NCBI GenBank assembly: GCA_963841435.1
Contig: CAWJCS010000002.1
Coordinates: 160,001 to 224,000 of the forward strand
Direction of reading: 5' to 3'
Length of the DNA: 64,000 nt
Origin: an uncultured delta proteobacterium
GTDB lineage: Bacteria > Myxococcota_A > Polyangia > Polyangiales > Polyangiaceae
The notes beneath the pieces were generated by a model that saw nothing but the letters and a program-made list of their open reading frames with translations, did not search any database and was not told where the DNA came from. Positions 1-11,500 of the stretch are shown in pieces. Position numbers and translations under genes: made by a program. Every line of letters begins with the position of its first letter. Within the stretch, counting starts at the first letter, position 1.

Positions 1-1236
1 TCGATCCGCGGGGTGCCCGGCGTGCTCTCGGCCGCGCCACGCCTTTACGCCTCGGCGCTCGTCGGGAGCCGCCGCCGCTCGACGGGCGCCGAGCTCGTCG
101 GCATCGACCCCAAGGCGGAACGCCGCGTGACCGAGCTCGACCGGCAGCTCGTCAAGGGCCACTTCTTGCCGGACGGCCCCACGCCGTGGCCCGCTCCCCG
201 CGAGCTCAGCGAGAGCGAGCGCGTCGAGGATCGGCGTCTCACCGACGCACAAACAGCGGAGGCCATGGACGAGATCGGCGCGCTCGCGCCGCTCGACGCC
301 CCAGCGGGCGCGGCGTCCTCGGCGACCACCCAGGGGTCGAGCGACACGGGCGCTTCCGCGCCGTCCGACGAGGGTTCCAGCGAGCGGGCGACGGCGGACC
401 GCCTCGCGAAGCTCCTCTCGCCGCGCCCCGAGCGGCCGCCGCCCGTCGTGCTCGGCACGTCGCTCGCGCGCGTGCTTTCCGTGGGCGTCGGCGACGAGCT
501 CTACCTCTCGGCCCAGGCCGCCGAAGGCAGCGCCGAAGGGATCCGCGTTTCGGTCGCCGGCATCTACGAGACCGGCACGGCTGCGTACGATCGGGGCCGC
601 ATCTACCTTCACATCGCCGACCTCGGCCGGCTCGTGCATCGGCCCGGGCAGGTCCATGAAATAGCGGCGCTTGCTGGTTCCGCAGCCGAGGCGCCGAGCG
701 TCGCCGCCGCGGCCGAGCGGGCGCTCGGGGGCGCGCCGGTCTCCGTGCGCGCCTGGAGCCAGCTGCGCCCCGACCTGAAGCAGCTCTTGGATCTGAATCG
801 CGCCAGCAGCGCCATGCTCGCGCTGATCGTCTTTTTCGTGGCGTCGCTCGGGGTCGTCAACACCATGCTCATGGCCGTCTCCGAACGGACCCGCGAGCTC
901 GGCGTGCTCAAGGCGATCGGCATGTCGGGTGTCCGCGTCTTCGCCATGATCGTCGCGGAGAGCACGGCGCTCTCGCTCTCGGGAGCGGCGGCGGGGGCGT
1001 TGCTCGGGCTGGCCTTCGACCTCTACCTCGTGCGCTACGGCATCGACCTCAGCTCGATGACGCGAGGGATCTCCTTTAGCGGCATCGGCATGGCTCCGGT
1101 GGTGCACGGCGAGATCCGGCCCGACGGCGTCCTCGTGCCCGTCGCGCTGCTCGCGGCGATCTGCGTCGTTTCGGCCTTCTATCCGGCCTTTCGTGCGGCG
1201 CGTCTCGAGCCCGCCGTGGGCATGCGGGAGACCTAG
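1..1236 (+). CDS. ABC transporter permease, LolC/LolE/FtsX-MacB family (5' end lies outside the window)
   Basis: C-terminal FtsX signature 'GVVNTMLMAVSERTRELGVLKAIGM', three C-terminal hydrophobic segments, ending 'YPAFRAARLEP'; frame open from the window edge. Confidence 0.9.
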   Translation, partial: SIRGVPGVLSAAPRLYASALVGSRRRSTGAELVGIDPKAERRVTELDRQLVKGHFLPDGPTPWPAPRELSESERVEDRRLTDAQTAEAMDEIGALAPLDAPAGAASSATTQGSSDTGASAPSDEGSSERATADRLAKLLSPRPERPPPVVLGTSLARVLSVGVGDELYLSAQAAEGSAEGIRVSVAGIYETGTAAYDRGRIYLHIADLGRLVHRPGQVHEIAALAGSAAEAPSVAAAAERALGGAPVSVRAWSQLRPDLKQLLDLNRASSAMLALIVFFVASLGVVNTMLMAVSERTRELGVLKAIGMSGVRVFAMIVAESTALSLSGAAAGALLGLAFDLYLVRYGIDLSSMTRGISFSGIGMAPVVHGEIRPDGVLVPVALLAAICVVSAFYPAFRAARLEPAVGMRET

Positions 1237-1237
1237 C

Positions 1238-2498
1238 ATGTTGACGCTCAAGCTCGCCGTTCGTTCCTTTCTCCGTCACCGTCGGCGCTCCGCCATCACG
1301 GCCACGGCCGTGGCGCTCGGGCTCGCCATGATGCTGGTTTTCGTCGGCATCGCCGACGACGCTCACGCCAGGATGGCGGAGCTTGGCATCCGCATGGGCT
1401 CCGGCCACGTGATCGTCGAGGCCAAGGGCTACCGCGAGCGGCAAACGCTCGACGACGTCGTGCCCGACGCAGATCAGCTCGCGCGGCGGCTCGAGCGCCT
1501 GCCGGACGTGCGCGCCGTGGCCGTGCGCTTGCGCACCACGGGGCTCGTCGCCGCGGGGGAGCACAGCGCGCCCGTCATGGTGTCGGGGGTCGATCCCGAG
1601 CGCGAGCTCGCGGCATCCGACCTTCCCCGGCGCCGCTTGCGCGTCGCGGGCGAGTACCTACGCCCGAGCGCCGCGCGCACTTTCGCGGGCGTCCCCGCCG
1701 ACATCTACCTCGGCAAGACCCTCGCCGAGAAGCTCGACGTGACGCCCGGCGACCGCGTCGTGCTCACGCTATCGCCGCCCGGCGACCGGGCGCCCGCGTC
1801 GGGCGCGTTCATCGTGCGCGGCATCTTCCGCACCGGAGTCGACGATCTCGACGGCTCGTATGCACGAGATCCCCATCGAGGACGCGAGAAAGCTGGTAGA
1901 GCTACCCCGCGCCGCAACCGAGATCGCGCTGCTCTCGGACCTCGCGCACACGGCGCCCCTCACCGACGCCACGCGCGCCGCGCTCGCCTCCGAGCCGGGC
2001 CTCGTCGTCCTACCGTGGCAGCAGGCGCTGCGTGAGCTCTACGAAGCGCTCGTGGTCGACGACGCGGGTCTCTACCTCATGATGGCGATCGTCTTTCTGG
2101 TCGTCGCGATCGGCATCTTCAACACCGTGCTCATGAGCGTGACGGAGCGCACGCGCGAGTTCGGCGTCATGCTCTCGCTCGGTACCTCGTCGCGGCGACT
2201 CTTCGTGCAAATTCTCGGCGAGGCCGGCGTGCTCGCCGTGGCGTCCGCGGTCGTGGGGCTTGCTGTCGGGCTGTCGCTGCACCTCCTGATCGCGTCACAC
2301 GGCATCGACCTGACGGCGCTGGCGGGCGAGGTGCAAGTCGCCGGCATCGCCTGGTCCGGTCGCGTTTACTCCGCGCTCACGGTCGCCACCGTGGTGCGCT
2401 GGACCCTGGTGGTCATGTCGGTGGTGATTGTCTCGTCGCTGTATCCGGCGCTACGCGTCGTACGGCTCGAGCCCGTGGAGGCCATGCATCATGTCTGA
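1238..2498 (+). CDS. Second ABC permease, LolC/E/FtsX family; +1 frameshift near 1865, probably a sequence error
   Basis: N-terminal 'LAVRSFLRHRRRSAITATAVALG' TM1 in ORF 1193; C-terminal 'IFNTVLMSVTERTREFGVMLSLG' in ORF 1860; deleting one base near 1865 joins them; ATG 1 nt after the upstream TAG. Confidence 0.88.
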
Positions 2499-3195
2499 GC
2501 CGATTGTCGAGTTGACGGGTGTTACGAAGGTTTACCGGCAGGGGCACATCGACGTGCCAGCGCTTCGGGGCGTCGATCTCAGGGTCGATGCCGGGGAGTT
2601 CACGGTGCTTGCCGGACCCTCTGGGTCGGGCAAAACGACGCTGCTCAACGTGATCGGCGCGCTGCACCGCCCGACCGAGGGGCGCGTCCTCATCAGCGGC
2701 AGGGACCTCGCAAAGCTCGGCGACAGCGAGCTCGCGGAGCTGCGCCTGCGGCGGCTCGGCTTCGTCTTTCAGGCGTACAACCTGATTCCCGTGCTCACGG
2801 CGCGGGAGAACGCCGAGTACGTCATGTTGCTCCAGGGCGTCGAGGCCACCGAGCGGCGGCGGCGCGTCGAAGAGGTGCTGAAGGCCGTCGGGCTCGCCGG
2901 GCTCGAGAATCGCCGACCGTCGGAGCTGTCCGGTGGCCAGCAACAGCGTGTCGCCGTGGCGCGCGCCATCGCGTCAGCACCCGATCTCGTGCTCGCCGAC
3001 GAGCCCACGGCGAACCTCGATTCGCGCTCGGCGCTCGATCTCGTCGATCTCATGAAGGGCTTGAACAGCGAGCGCGGGGTCACGTTTCTCATCTCGTCGC
3101 ACGATGCGCGCGTCATCGACCGCGCCAAGCGTGTCGTCATGCTGGAGGACGGGCTCGTGAAGAGCGACGAGCGGCGAGATGCCGATGCTGCGTAG
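2491..3195 (+). CDS. ABC transporter ATP-binding protein (LolD/MacB-like)
   Basis: Walker A GPSGSGKT, Q-loop GFVFQ, signature LSGGQQQRVAVARA, Walker B VLADEPT, H-loop SSHD. Confidence 0.95.
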   Translation: MSEPIVELTGVTKVYRQGHIDVPALRGVDLRVDAGEFTVLAGPSGSGKTTLLNVIGALHRPTEGRVLISGRDLAKLGDSELAELRLRRLGFVFQAYNLIPVLTARENAEYVMLLQGVEATERRRRVEEVLKAVGLAGLENRRPSELSGGQQQRVAVARAIASAPDLVLADEPTANLDSRSALDLVDLMKGLNSERGVTFLISSHDARVIDRAKRVVMLEDGLVKSDERRDADAA

Positions 3196-4483
3196 CGGGT
3201 TTGCCCTAGCGGTGGGGCTCGGCGTGCTCGTCGGCGCGCTCGGCGCGAGCCGGACCGCGCGCGCGGTCGTCGTCAGCGAGGACGAGCTCGCGGACACGAG
3301 CACGGAAGTGGGGGTGATCACTCGAGAATTTTCCTTCGTTCTCGGTGGCGACACGCTCGAGCCGCCCTTCCTGCCCGAGGACGCGAACCCCGCGGCGCTC
3401 TCAATCCTCGACCTTCGTACCTACTTCTCCTACCGCTCGGAGACGCTTCGCCTCGTCTGGCACCAGGCGAACGACGCCGTCGTCGCGTCTCACGAGAACC
3501 TCGGCGTGCTTCGCATCGGTCGCGGAGGCTTGCCGCCGAGGCTCTTCCCGTTGCGCGCGACGCCCGTCGACGAGCCGACGCTGCGTCTCGCCACGGAGAC
3601 GGATTGGCTGTACGCCGCGTGGGCGCCGGGTCGCGTCACGGTCACCGTTGGACGACAACCGATCACGCTCGGGCGCGGCCAGCTCTTCCACCCGCTCGAT
3701 CTGGTCGCGAGCTTCTCGCTCACCGAAGCCGACACCGAATACAAGCCCGGCGCCGACGCCGTGCGCGTCGACGCGAGCCTCGGCTCGACCACCACGCTCA
3801 CGGCCGTCGCCTCCGGGGGCCAGCTCGGCATCGACCCGCGGGTCAAGCTCGAGGATCGCGGGTCAACGGCGCTCGGCGTGCTCAAGCAGGGCTTCGGACA
3901 CGGCGAATTTTCGCTGCTCTCCGGCTTCGTCCGCGGCGACATCGTCGCGGGCTGGGGCGCGCTGTGGGACCTCGGCGCTCTCGACCTCTACGGCGAGGTG
4001 AGCGCCACCTGGGTGCGCGACCCGTCGCTTTCGTCGCCCGCCGTTGCGGGGCGCAAGGCGGCCGTGCCGCGAGCGCTCGCCGGGGCCGACCTCAAGCCAA
4101 TACCCGAGCTCACCATCGCCCCGGAGCTCTACTACGAAGGCTTCGGCGCGCGGGAGCCGCGCGACTACGCGCTCGTGGCGGTGAGCGAGCGAGTCGTCTA
4201 CGGCGAGCAGGTCGCCCTCGGTCGCCTCTACGCGGGTGCGCTCGTCGACTGGCAGCCGCACCCGCTTTTCCACCTCGTTGCCGTGGCGCTTTCGAACACG
4301 CTCGACCCGAGCGCGCTCGCGTCGCTCGTCGCGACCTTCGATGCGTCGCCGAACACACGGCTCTCGCTCGGAGGCTACCTGCCGCTCGGCGCCGCGCCCC
4401 GCGCCACGCCTTTCCCCGAGCCGCGGAGCGAGTACGGCCTCTACCCGAGCTTCGGCTTCGCCGAGCTCCGCATCGTGCTCTGA
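3185..4483 (+). CDS. Exported, probably outer-membrane beta-barrel protein of the ABC operon
   Basis: Signal peptide ending ARA-; 'VTVGRQPITLGRG...PLD' and 'KPGADAVRV' motifs typical of barrels found with Lol-like ABC operons; overlaps the ATPase stop. Confidence 0.6.
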   Translation: MLRSGFALAVGLGVLVGALGASRTARAVVVSEDELADTSTEVGVITREFSFVLGGDTLEPPFLPEDANPAALSILDLRTYFSYRSETLRLVWHQANDAVVASHENLGVLRIGRGGLPPRLFPLRATPVDEPTLRLATETDWLYAAWAPGRVTVTVGRQPITLGRGQLFHPLDLVASFSLTEADTEYKPGADAVRVDASLGSTTTLTAVASGGQLGIDPRVKLEDRGSTALGVLKQGFGHGEFSLLSGFVRGDIVAGWGALWDLGALDLYGEVSATWVRDPSLSSPAVAGRKAAVPRALAGADLKPIPELTIAPELYYEGFGAREPRDYALVAVSERVVYGEQVALGRLYAGALVDWQPHPLFHLVAVALSNTLDPSALASLVATFDASPNTRLSLGGYLPLGAAPRATPFPEPRSEYGLYPSFGFAELRIVL

Positions 4484-4511
4484 CGCGAAGCCGCGCTCGC
4501 GCCCAGGGTGC

Positions 4512-5201
4512 TCAATTGCACGGCATGACGCGCGCGCTTTTCACCGACTGACTGTTCGACCCCTGAGCGGGATAGGCGACGCTGCCGTCGGGAAACGCCT
4601 TGAAATCCTGATAGCGGTGGTCCGTCACGGCAATCGTGAAGGCCGAACCGATGGCGCTGCCGTCCGTGTCGCTGCGTACTTGCGCCGTGATCGACGAGCC
4701 CGACTCGTACGCGACGAGCATGCGCCCGGGCCCGTACGAGACGAGGTGGGAAAACCCCGAGCTTCCTGCCGCAACGTCGCGATCGGGCGTCGCGCTCGCT
4801 GCCGTGAAATGCAAAAGGTGCACGCCGCCCTGATCGCTCACGGACACCCAGTAGCCGCCTCCGCTCGCGAGCACGACGTTGCCGAGGCTCAGGCTGCCGA
4901 GATCCTGTGCGGTCCAGATGGTCTGGTAGGTCGGCGAGCGCACGACTCGGCCCTGGTTGTCCGTCGCGCACACGGTGACGAAGTGCGAGCTTGCCGGATC
5001 CCAAACCATGCGCGTGTTCCAGCTGTGGCTGCAGCCCCAGTCGAAGCTGTCGTGCCCGGTCAACACCGAGCCGGTCGGCCCCACCACCTGCATGCGATCG
5101 CCCTCGTGGATGTTGATGCAGCCGCTCTGCGACACGCTGAGGGCCGCGCAGAGCTTCGGGCGAACGAAGTGGGCCGCATGCAAACGGAGGTGCCGCCGCA
5201 C
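4512..5201 (-). CDS. Hypothetical beta-rich protein, apparently N-terminally truncated
   Basis: Protein-like composition with Cys/Trp motifs ('GCINIHEGDRMQVV', 'FDWGCSHS'); no good start or signal peptide. Confidence 0.5.
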   Translation of the reverse strand: MRRHLRLHAAHFVRPKLCAALSVSQSGCINIHEGDRMQVVGPTGSVLTGHDSFDWGCSHSWNTRMVWDPASSHFVTVCATDNQGRVVRSPTYQTIWTAQDLGSLSLGNVVLASGGGYWVSVSDQGGVHLLHFTAASATPDRDVAAGSSGFSHLVSYGPGRMLVAYESGSSITAQVRSDTDGSAIGSAFTIAVTDHRYQDFKAFPDGSVAYPAQGSNSQSVKSARVMPCN

Positions 5202-5304
5202 GAGCGCGGGACGTCAGGAAAGGAGAGGATCGGGGTGAACCGTGGGGTGAGACGGGGCCCGGGGGCGCGGCGCCTCGGGCTTTGCTAGCTTGAGAAGCTC
5301 GCCG

Positions 5305-6144
5305 ATGCAGCCGCCGCCCACCGACGGACCGCTTGCCCTGCCTGGCTCCACCGGGGCGCCGCAGGGACCCACGGGTGTCGCACCCGACGGCGGCCGTCCG
5401 AAGCGCGGTGCGCTCGGGGGCCTCTCCATGTTGCTCCTCGGGCTGCTCGCGAAGGGCAAGGTCTTGCTCGGTCTCGTCAAGGTGCTTCCCGTAGGCAAAT
5501 TCTTGCTCACGGGCTTTTCCATGCTCGCCATGGTGTGGTTCGAGGCGCAGCGTACGGGCATCTGGTTCGGCGTCGGGTTCGTGCTTCTCATCCTGGTTCA
5601 CGAGCTCGGCCACGGATACGCCATGCGGCGCGCGGGCGTGGCCGCGGGGTGGCCCATCTTCATTCCCTTCTTCGGTGCGATGATCGCCATGAAGGGCACG
5701 CCGAACGATCGCCACGTCGAGGCCGACATCGCGTACGGCGGGCCCCTCGCGGGGACGGTTGCGAGCCTCGCCGTCGCGATGATCGGCCTCGCCACGGGTG
5801 AGCGGCTGTTTCTCGCACTCGCCTACACCGGCTTCTTCCTCAATCTGTTCAACCTGACGCCCATCTCGCCGCTCGACGGCGGTCGCGTGGCGCAGGCCTT
5901 CTCGCGTCGCGCGTGGATTTTCGGGGCGGGCGTTCTTGCGCTGATGTTCCTCGCGACGCGCGCGCCGCAGCTACTCTTGATCCTTCTGCTCGCGCTGCCT
6001 CGCTTCTTGAGCAAGGGAGCAGTGGACGTGCGCGAGCTGCTCGACCCTGCGCGTCAGCGCCTGTGGGCGCTGCGCTACTTCGGCCTCGCGGCCTTCCTGG
6101 GCGCCGCCATCTACTTTAGTGGCGCCATGCTCCACCCGGCGTGA
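5305..6144 (+). CDS. Site-2 protease, peptidase M50 (SpoIVFB-like) membrane metalloprotease
   Basis: HELGH zinc motif in a hydrophobic segment, 'IAYGGP', 'FNLTPISPLDGGR' (NxxPxxxxDG). Confidence 0.92.
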   Translation: MQPPPTDGPLALPGSTGAPQGPTGVAPDGGRPKRGALGGLSMLLLGLLAKGKVLLGLVKVLPVGKFLLTGFSMLAMVWFEAQRTGIWFGVGFVLLILVHELGHGYAMRRAGVAAGWPIFIPFFGAMIAMKGTPNDRHVEADIAYGGPLAGTVASLAVAMIGLATGERLFLALAYTGFFLNLFNLTPISPLDGGRVAQAFSRRAWIFGAGVLALMFLATRAPQLLLILLLALPRFLSKGAVDVRELLDPARQRLWALRYFGLAAFLGAAIYFSGAMLHPA

Positions 6145-6373
6145 TCGCGGACGGCGCACCACGACTCGGCTCGCGGCCGCGTGCCTCAACACCACGAGCC
6201 AGGGCGGCGCGTCCTCGACGGACGTGATGGGGCCGAGTCTCGCAACCTCTCGGTGCAACCTCCCGAAACCCTCCGATCCGTCCAGAAGAGCACGGCGCCA
6301 AGGGGGGTGAAAGGATGGTCGGTAGGCGCTCGGGCGGCCTGCTCGGGCCCGTCCATGCTAACGGACACAGGCG

Positions 6374-8559
6374 ATGGCCTCGGGCCACGCCGCCCCTCGG
6401 TCGTCCGTCGCGCTGACGATGGGTTTGTGCCTGCTCGCCGCCGTGCTCTCGGCGGCGTGTCGGGCCCAACCCGCTCGCCCCGTGGTGTCCGCGATCGACA
6501 TCAGCGGTCTCGAGGAACGTCGACGAAGACGCGCTCGAGGAGGGGCTCTCCACGACGGAAACCTCCAAGCTCCTCGGGCTCATCCCGAGGGTGCTCGTCT
6601 ACCAGACGCTCGACACGGCGATCCTCGCGCGCGACCTCGAGCGCATCGAACGCTGGCTGCGCGCGCGGGGCTACTACGAGGCGAAAGTGAGGGCGGCGCG
6701 CGCGGTGCATCTCGACGCCCACACCGTCCGGGTGGAGATCGAGGTCGTGCAGGGCGCGCCCGTGCTCGTGCGGCGCGTCGAGCTCCGTGGCCTTGCGGAG
6801 CTACCGCTGGACGTGACGGGCCCCGCACTCTCGGCGATCGAGATTCGGGAGGGAGACCACTTCGAGGAGGAGCGCTTCGACGCCGACAAGCGCGGGCTCG
6901 TGCGCGCGCTCACGAACCACGGCTTTGCGTTCGCCGAAGTGGAGGCCAAAGCTCACGTCAACATCGCCGCGCACGCCGCGGACGTGACGTACCAGGTGAC
7001 GCCGGGCCCGCGCGCGCGTTTCGGGCCGATCAAGATCGTGGGTCTGCGCGAAATTCCCCCGGGTCCCGCGCTCGACACGTTCGGTGTGCACGAGCACGAT
7101 CCGTATTCGAGCGACGAGATCGAGGACGGACAGAAGGCGCTCGCCGGTCTCGGCGTATTCGGGCGCATCGAGATCAAGCAAGATCGGAGCCATCCCGAGC
7201 TCGGCATCGTGCCCGTCACCATCGAGGTCAAGGAGGCCAAGCTCCGGACGTTGCGCCTCGGTGTGGGTGGGCGCTTCGACGTGCTCAGGCTCTCGGGGCA
7301 CGTGCGCGGCGGGTGGGAGGACCGCAATTTCCTGGGCGGCATGCGGCGACTCGCGATCGAACGTCGGGCCGAGCGTCACCTTCTTTCCGACGCGCATTCC
7401 CACGGGCGGCGCCAAGTTCCTCGGGCCCACGCGCCTCTTGCCGGGCGGCGACCTCCACACCGTGCTTCGCCAGCCGTCGCTGATTGAAGCGCGCACGGCG
7501 GGGATCCTCAGCGCGGAGTACAGCCTCTACCCGGTGCTCTACCCGCTCGAGCCGGACACGGACCCGAAGCTCGAGCCCATCCTCGGCTATCACGAGGTGA
7601 ACACCAGCGTGGGCGTCGAGCGGTCGTTGCTCGGTCAGCACCTGACCCTCGGGTCTTCGTACAACGCGGAGATCTACTATCCGTTTTCCTACCAGGGCGA
7701 CGCCGCCAAGTCCCTCGAACCGGTGTACGTCTGGTTCCCCAAGATCGATCTCACGCTCGACTATCGCGATGACCCCGTGGTGACGACGCGCGGCGTCTAC
7801 GCGTCAACCGTGCTCGAAACGGCCGGGTACGTCTTTCGCGGGTCCGTGAGCAACGTCCGCGTGCGACCCGAGATTCGCGCCTACACGCAGGGCGCGGCGG
7901 GCAAGCGCTCCGTCTTCGCCGCGCGCCTCGCGTTCGGTTTCCTGTTCCCGCGCCAGGCTCCCGGGCGCGGTCACTACGGCGAGACCCTGCTTCCAGGGAC
8001 CCCCGAGTACGAGCTCGCTGCGACCAATCCTGGCGACCCCGCGGTGATTCGCGACCAGCAAAAGCTCTTGCTGCGAGCGTTCTATTCGGGTGGACCGAGC
8101 TCCAACCGCGGGTACCCGCTCAGGGGCGTGGGTCCGCAGGGTCCGATCGGCTTCCTCGTGCCCTCGAACCTGAGCAGCGTGAATTGCTCGCTCGACGGGC
8201 GCACCGTGGCGGATCTGCCGCCCGGCTGCCGGCGGCCGCTCGGAGGCCTGACGCTCTGGGAGCTCTCGCTCGAGCTGCGCTTTCCCATCGGTGGCTCGCT
8301 CTTCGGCGCGCTGTTCGTCAACGCGAGCAACGTCACGAGGGAGACGGCCCACATCCGCTTCAACGTCCCTCACATGTCGCCGGGGGTCGGGTTGCGTTAC
8401 ATGACCCCGGTGGGACCCTTCCGCCTGGACTTTGGATTTCGTCCGCCCTACCTGCAGGCGATTGGCAAGCGCGATCTCCCACCGGAGGAGGGCGCGACTT
8501 CGGGCACCATCTTGGGCGCTCCGCTCGCGCTGGACATCGCCATCGGGGAGGCCTTCTAG
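6374..8559 (+). CDS. Omp85-family TamA/BamA-like outer-membrane protein with lipobox and POTRA domains; +1 frameshifts at about 6516 and 7360
   Basis: Lipobox LSAAC; POTRA motifs 'LRARGYYEAKV', 'LTNHGFAFAEV'; barrel L6 'FYSGGPSSNRGY', 'GVGLRYMTPVGPFRLDFG', C-terminal 'IGEAF'; followed by a TamB-like gene. Confidence 0.9.
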
Positions 8560-8577
8560 GATGCTCGCGGGCGGCGC

Positions 8578-11500
8578 ATGAACGGGCGCGTGCGACGGAC
8601 GATCGTACGGGGCCTCGTCGGCCTCTCGGCGCTCGTGTTGTTCGTGGTCGCCTCGGTCGGCGGGTTACTCCTGCACCTCGATCTTCCTCCGTCTCGCCGG
8701 CTGGCCGCAACCATCACGGCCCGGGTGCTCGGCAGCGAACTTCGGGGAAGCTTCGAGGTGGCGGGGATCGAGGAGCTCTCACCGTACGGCCTGCGCGTGG
8801 AGCGCTTCGACGTGCGCGATCCCGACGGGGAGCTCGTGCTGCGCGTCCAGGGTCTGCGCGCGCGCGCCGATCTGCTCGGCATCTTGCGCGACGCGCTGTT
8901 CGACAGCGGCAAGCTCACCATCGTCATCGAGCACGCCCGCGTCGAGCGCGCCCGCGTCCTTCTGCTGCCCGTGCCCGGCGCGAGCGAACCGACGCTCGCG
9001 GTGGCGTTCACACCACGCGGGCCCTCCACGCCTGGCGGCCGACCCGTGCGCGTGTGGTTGCCCGCCATCGAGCTCGGTCGCGGGCACGTGAGCGGCCGGC
9101 TCGCCTTCGCACCTTCGCTCGAGGGTCGTGTGAGCGGCGTGCGCGGCTCGGTGCTCGTGGCTCCCGATGGCGTGGCAGTGGACGCGCCCCAGTTTGCGGC
9201 TTCCGTGCGCGGGCTGCTCGCCGAAGAGCTCCGTGCCGTCGGCAGCTTTCATCAGCGGGGCACGACGCACTTCTGGAGCACGCTCGACGGCTACGTTGGC
9301 GAGGTGCAGTACAATCTTTCGGCGCGGCTCGACGGCGACCACCTCTCGGCGAAGATGTCCGTCCCTCACGCCGAGCCCGAGGCCGTGCGCCGGCTGCTGC
9401 CCGACTGGCCACTCCTCGAAACCGCTGCCGCCGAAGTCGAGGTGGTCGGCGACCTGCCGAAGCTACGCGTTCAGGGTACGGCCGGCGTCAGCGGGTCGCG
9501 CCTTCGCGTCCAAGGTGACCTCGACCTCGCGGCCGGCCCCCGCGCGGTGCTCGCAGTCGAAGGTGAGCGACTCGATCTGCGCGCCGTGGTCGCCGACGCG
9601 CCGGCGACACGCTTCGACGCGCGCTCCACGCTCGATCTTCGCAACACCGACGCCGGCGTGGTTCTCGAAGGGGAGGGAACGAGCGAGCCCACCGAGATCG
9701 AAGGGGTGCCCGTGCCCGGCACCCATTTCCGGGCGCACTACGACAAACTGGGCCTGTCCGGCGTTGCGACGCTGTTCGAGCCCGGCATGCCGCTCGAGGG
9801 GACCTTCCGGGTCGAGCCGAGTGGCACCGCCGACTTCGAAGCCCACGCCGCACGCTTTCGCGTCAACCGCGTGCCGCGCGTCGCGGCAATCGTGTCGGCG
9901 CGCGGGGCGCTCGAGCTGCGCGCCAAAGCCCATCTCGAGAAGGGCAACCTCGCAGCGTCGTTCTCCGCCGACGTGCGCGATCTCGTCGTCGGGCCGCTCA
10001 GCGGAGGGAGCGCGCGAGCGTCGGGCACCCTCGAGGGACCGTTGAAGAGCCCCAGGCGAATGCACCTCGACGTGAAGGCGAGCGGTAGCGAGCTCAGGCT
10101 GGGCGCGCTCGAGCTCGGCACGTCGGAAGCACGCGCGTCGGGTCCTCTCGACCGCCTCGTCGTCTCGGCGGACTTTCACGCGGGGAGCGGTGCTGAGCTC
10201 ACGGCTCGAACGGAGCTTTCCGCCTGGCGCGGCACCCACTTCACCGGCGTGGAGCTCACGGCCTCTCGCGATCAGCACCGACTGCGCGCGATCGCCGCGG
10301 AGGTCACCGTCAACGGCGGCGCAATCGACGTGCGGGACGCAAGGCTCGAAGGTGCCGGAGGCACGCTCGTGGCGTCCGCCAAGCTGCGCCCCGGCGTGCT
10401 CAGGCTGAGCCTTTCGGGCGGTGGTCTCGATCTCGACGCGCTCGCGGGGGTGCTCGGCCTCACGGGGGAAAGCCTCGGTGGCAAGCTCAACGTCGCCGCC
10501 GAAGTCGAGATCGAGGGCCAAAAGCGCCACGGCACCCTGGAGGTCGCCGTGAAGGACGGGCGCGGCGGGCCGCTCGAGGGTCTCAACCTCGACGCGAAGG
10601 CGACGCTCGACAATCGTTCGCTCTCGGGTGAGGTGAGCGCCGCTGTCGCGGACCTCGGCACCGGCCGGGCGTCGTTCGAGCTCTGGTTGGACGGTTCGCC
10701 TCTCGAGGCGCGCTCGTTTTCGCGCGCCACGGGACGGCTCGACGTGGGCGTCGAGCGGCTCGAGCTGGCGGCGCTCGCGCGCCTTTTGCCTCTGACCCTG
10801 CCCGTGCGAAAGCTCACGGGCAGCGTGACCGCGCAGCTTAGTCTCGTGCGAGCCGACCCTGAAGCGCGCCCCGAGCTCAGCCTGCTCGCCGCGACGAGCG
10901 GTCTCGCGCTCGAGGTGCCGCGCGGCGACCGCGAGGCGCCAATCGCAGTCCACGGTATCGAGGCGCAGCTCAACGGCCGTGTGAGCGGGGCCACGGGCGT
11001 CGCCGAAGGCACGCTCGCGCTCGTCGACCAGAACGGGGTCTTGCTCGTCACGCACGTGAGGGAGAGCGGCGATCCGGACCACCTGCCTTCGACGCCCGCG
11101 GAGCTCGTGGCCGAGCTCGCCACGCGGCCGGTTGACATCTCGTTTCGTACGGATGGCAGGCGGCTCGACGAGCTTCCCGATTTCATCCGACCGGCGAAGC
11201 TGTCCGGCGTGCTCTCCGCCGAGCTGAACGTCCGCGGCACGCTGAAGGCCCCCGTGCTCTTCGCCAAGGCCTCGCTGCGCGGTTTCACGTTCGGCGACGG
11301 CGAGAAGCCCTTCGACGCGTGCGCGCGTGCCCAGTACGACCCGGCCGAGCGGCGCATCGGTGTCGGTGGGGAGGCGCATTTGCCGTCGCCTTCGTTCACG
11401 CCTTGCGCAGGGCGCGCCGTTGCGCTCGCCGAAGCCACGGGGACCGCCAATCTTCCCGCGCTCGCGCGAGGCGAGCGCGGCTTTCGCGGCAACGCCGACC

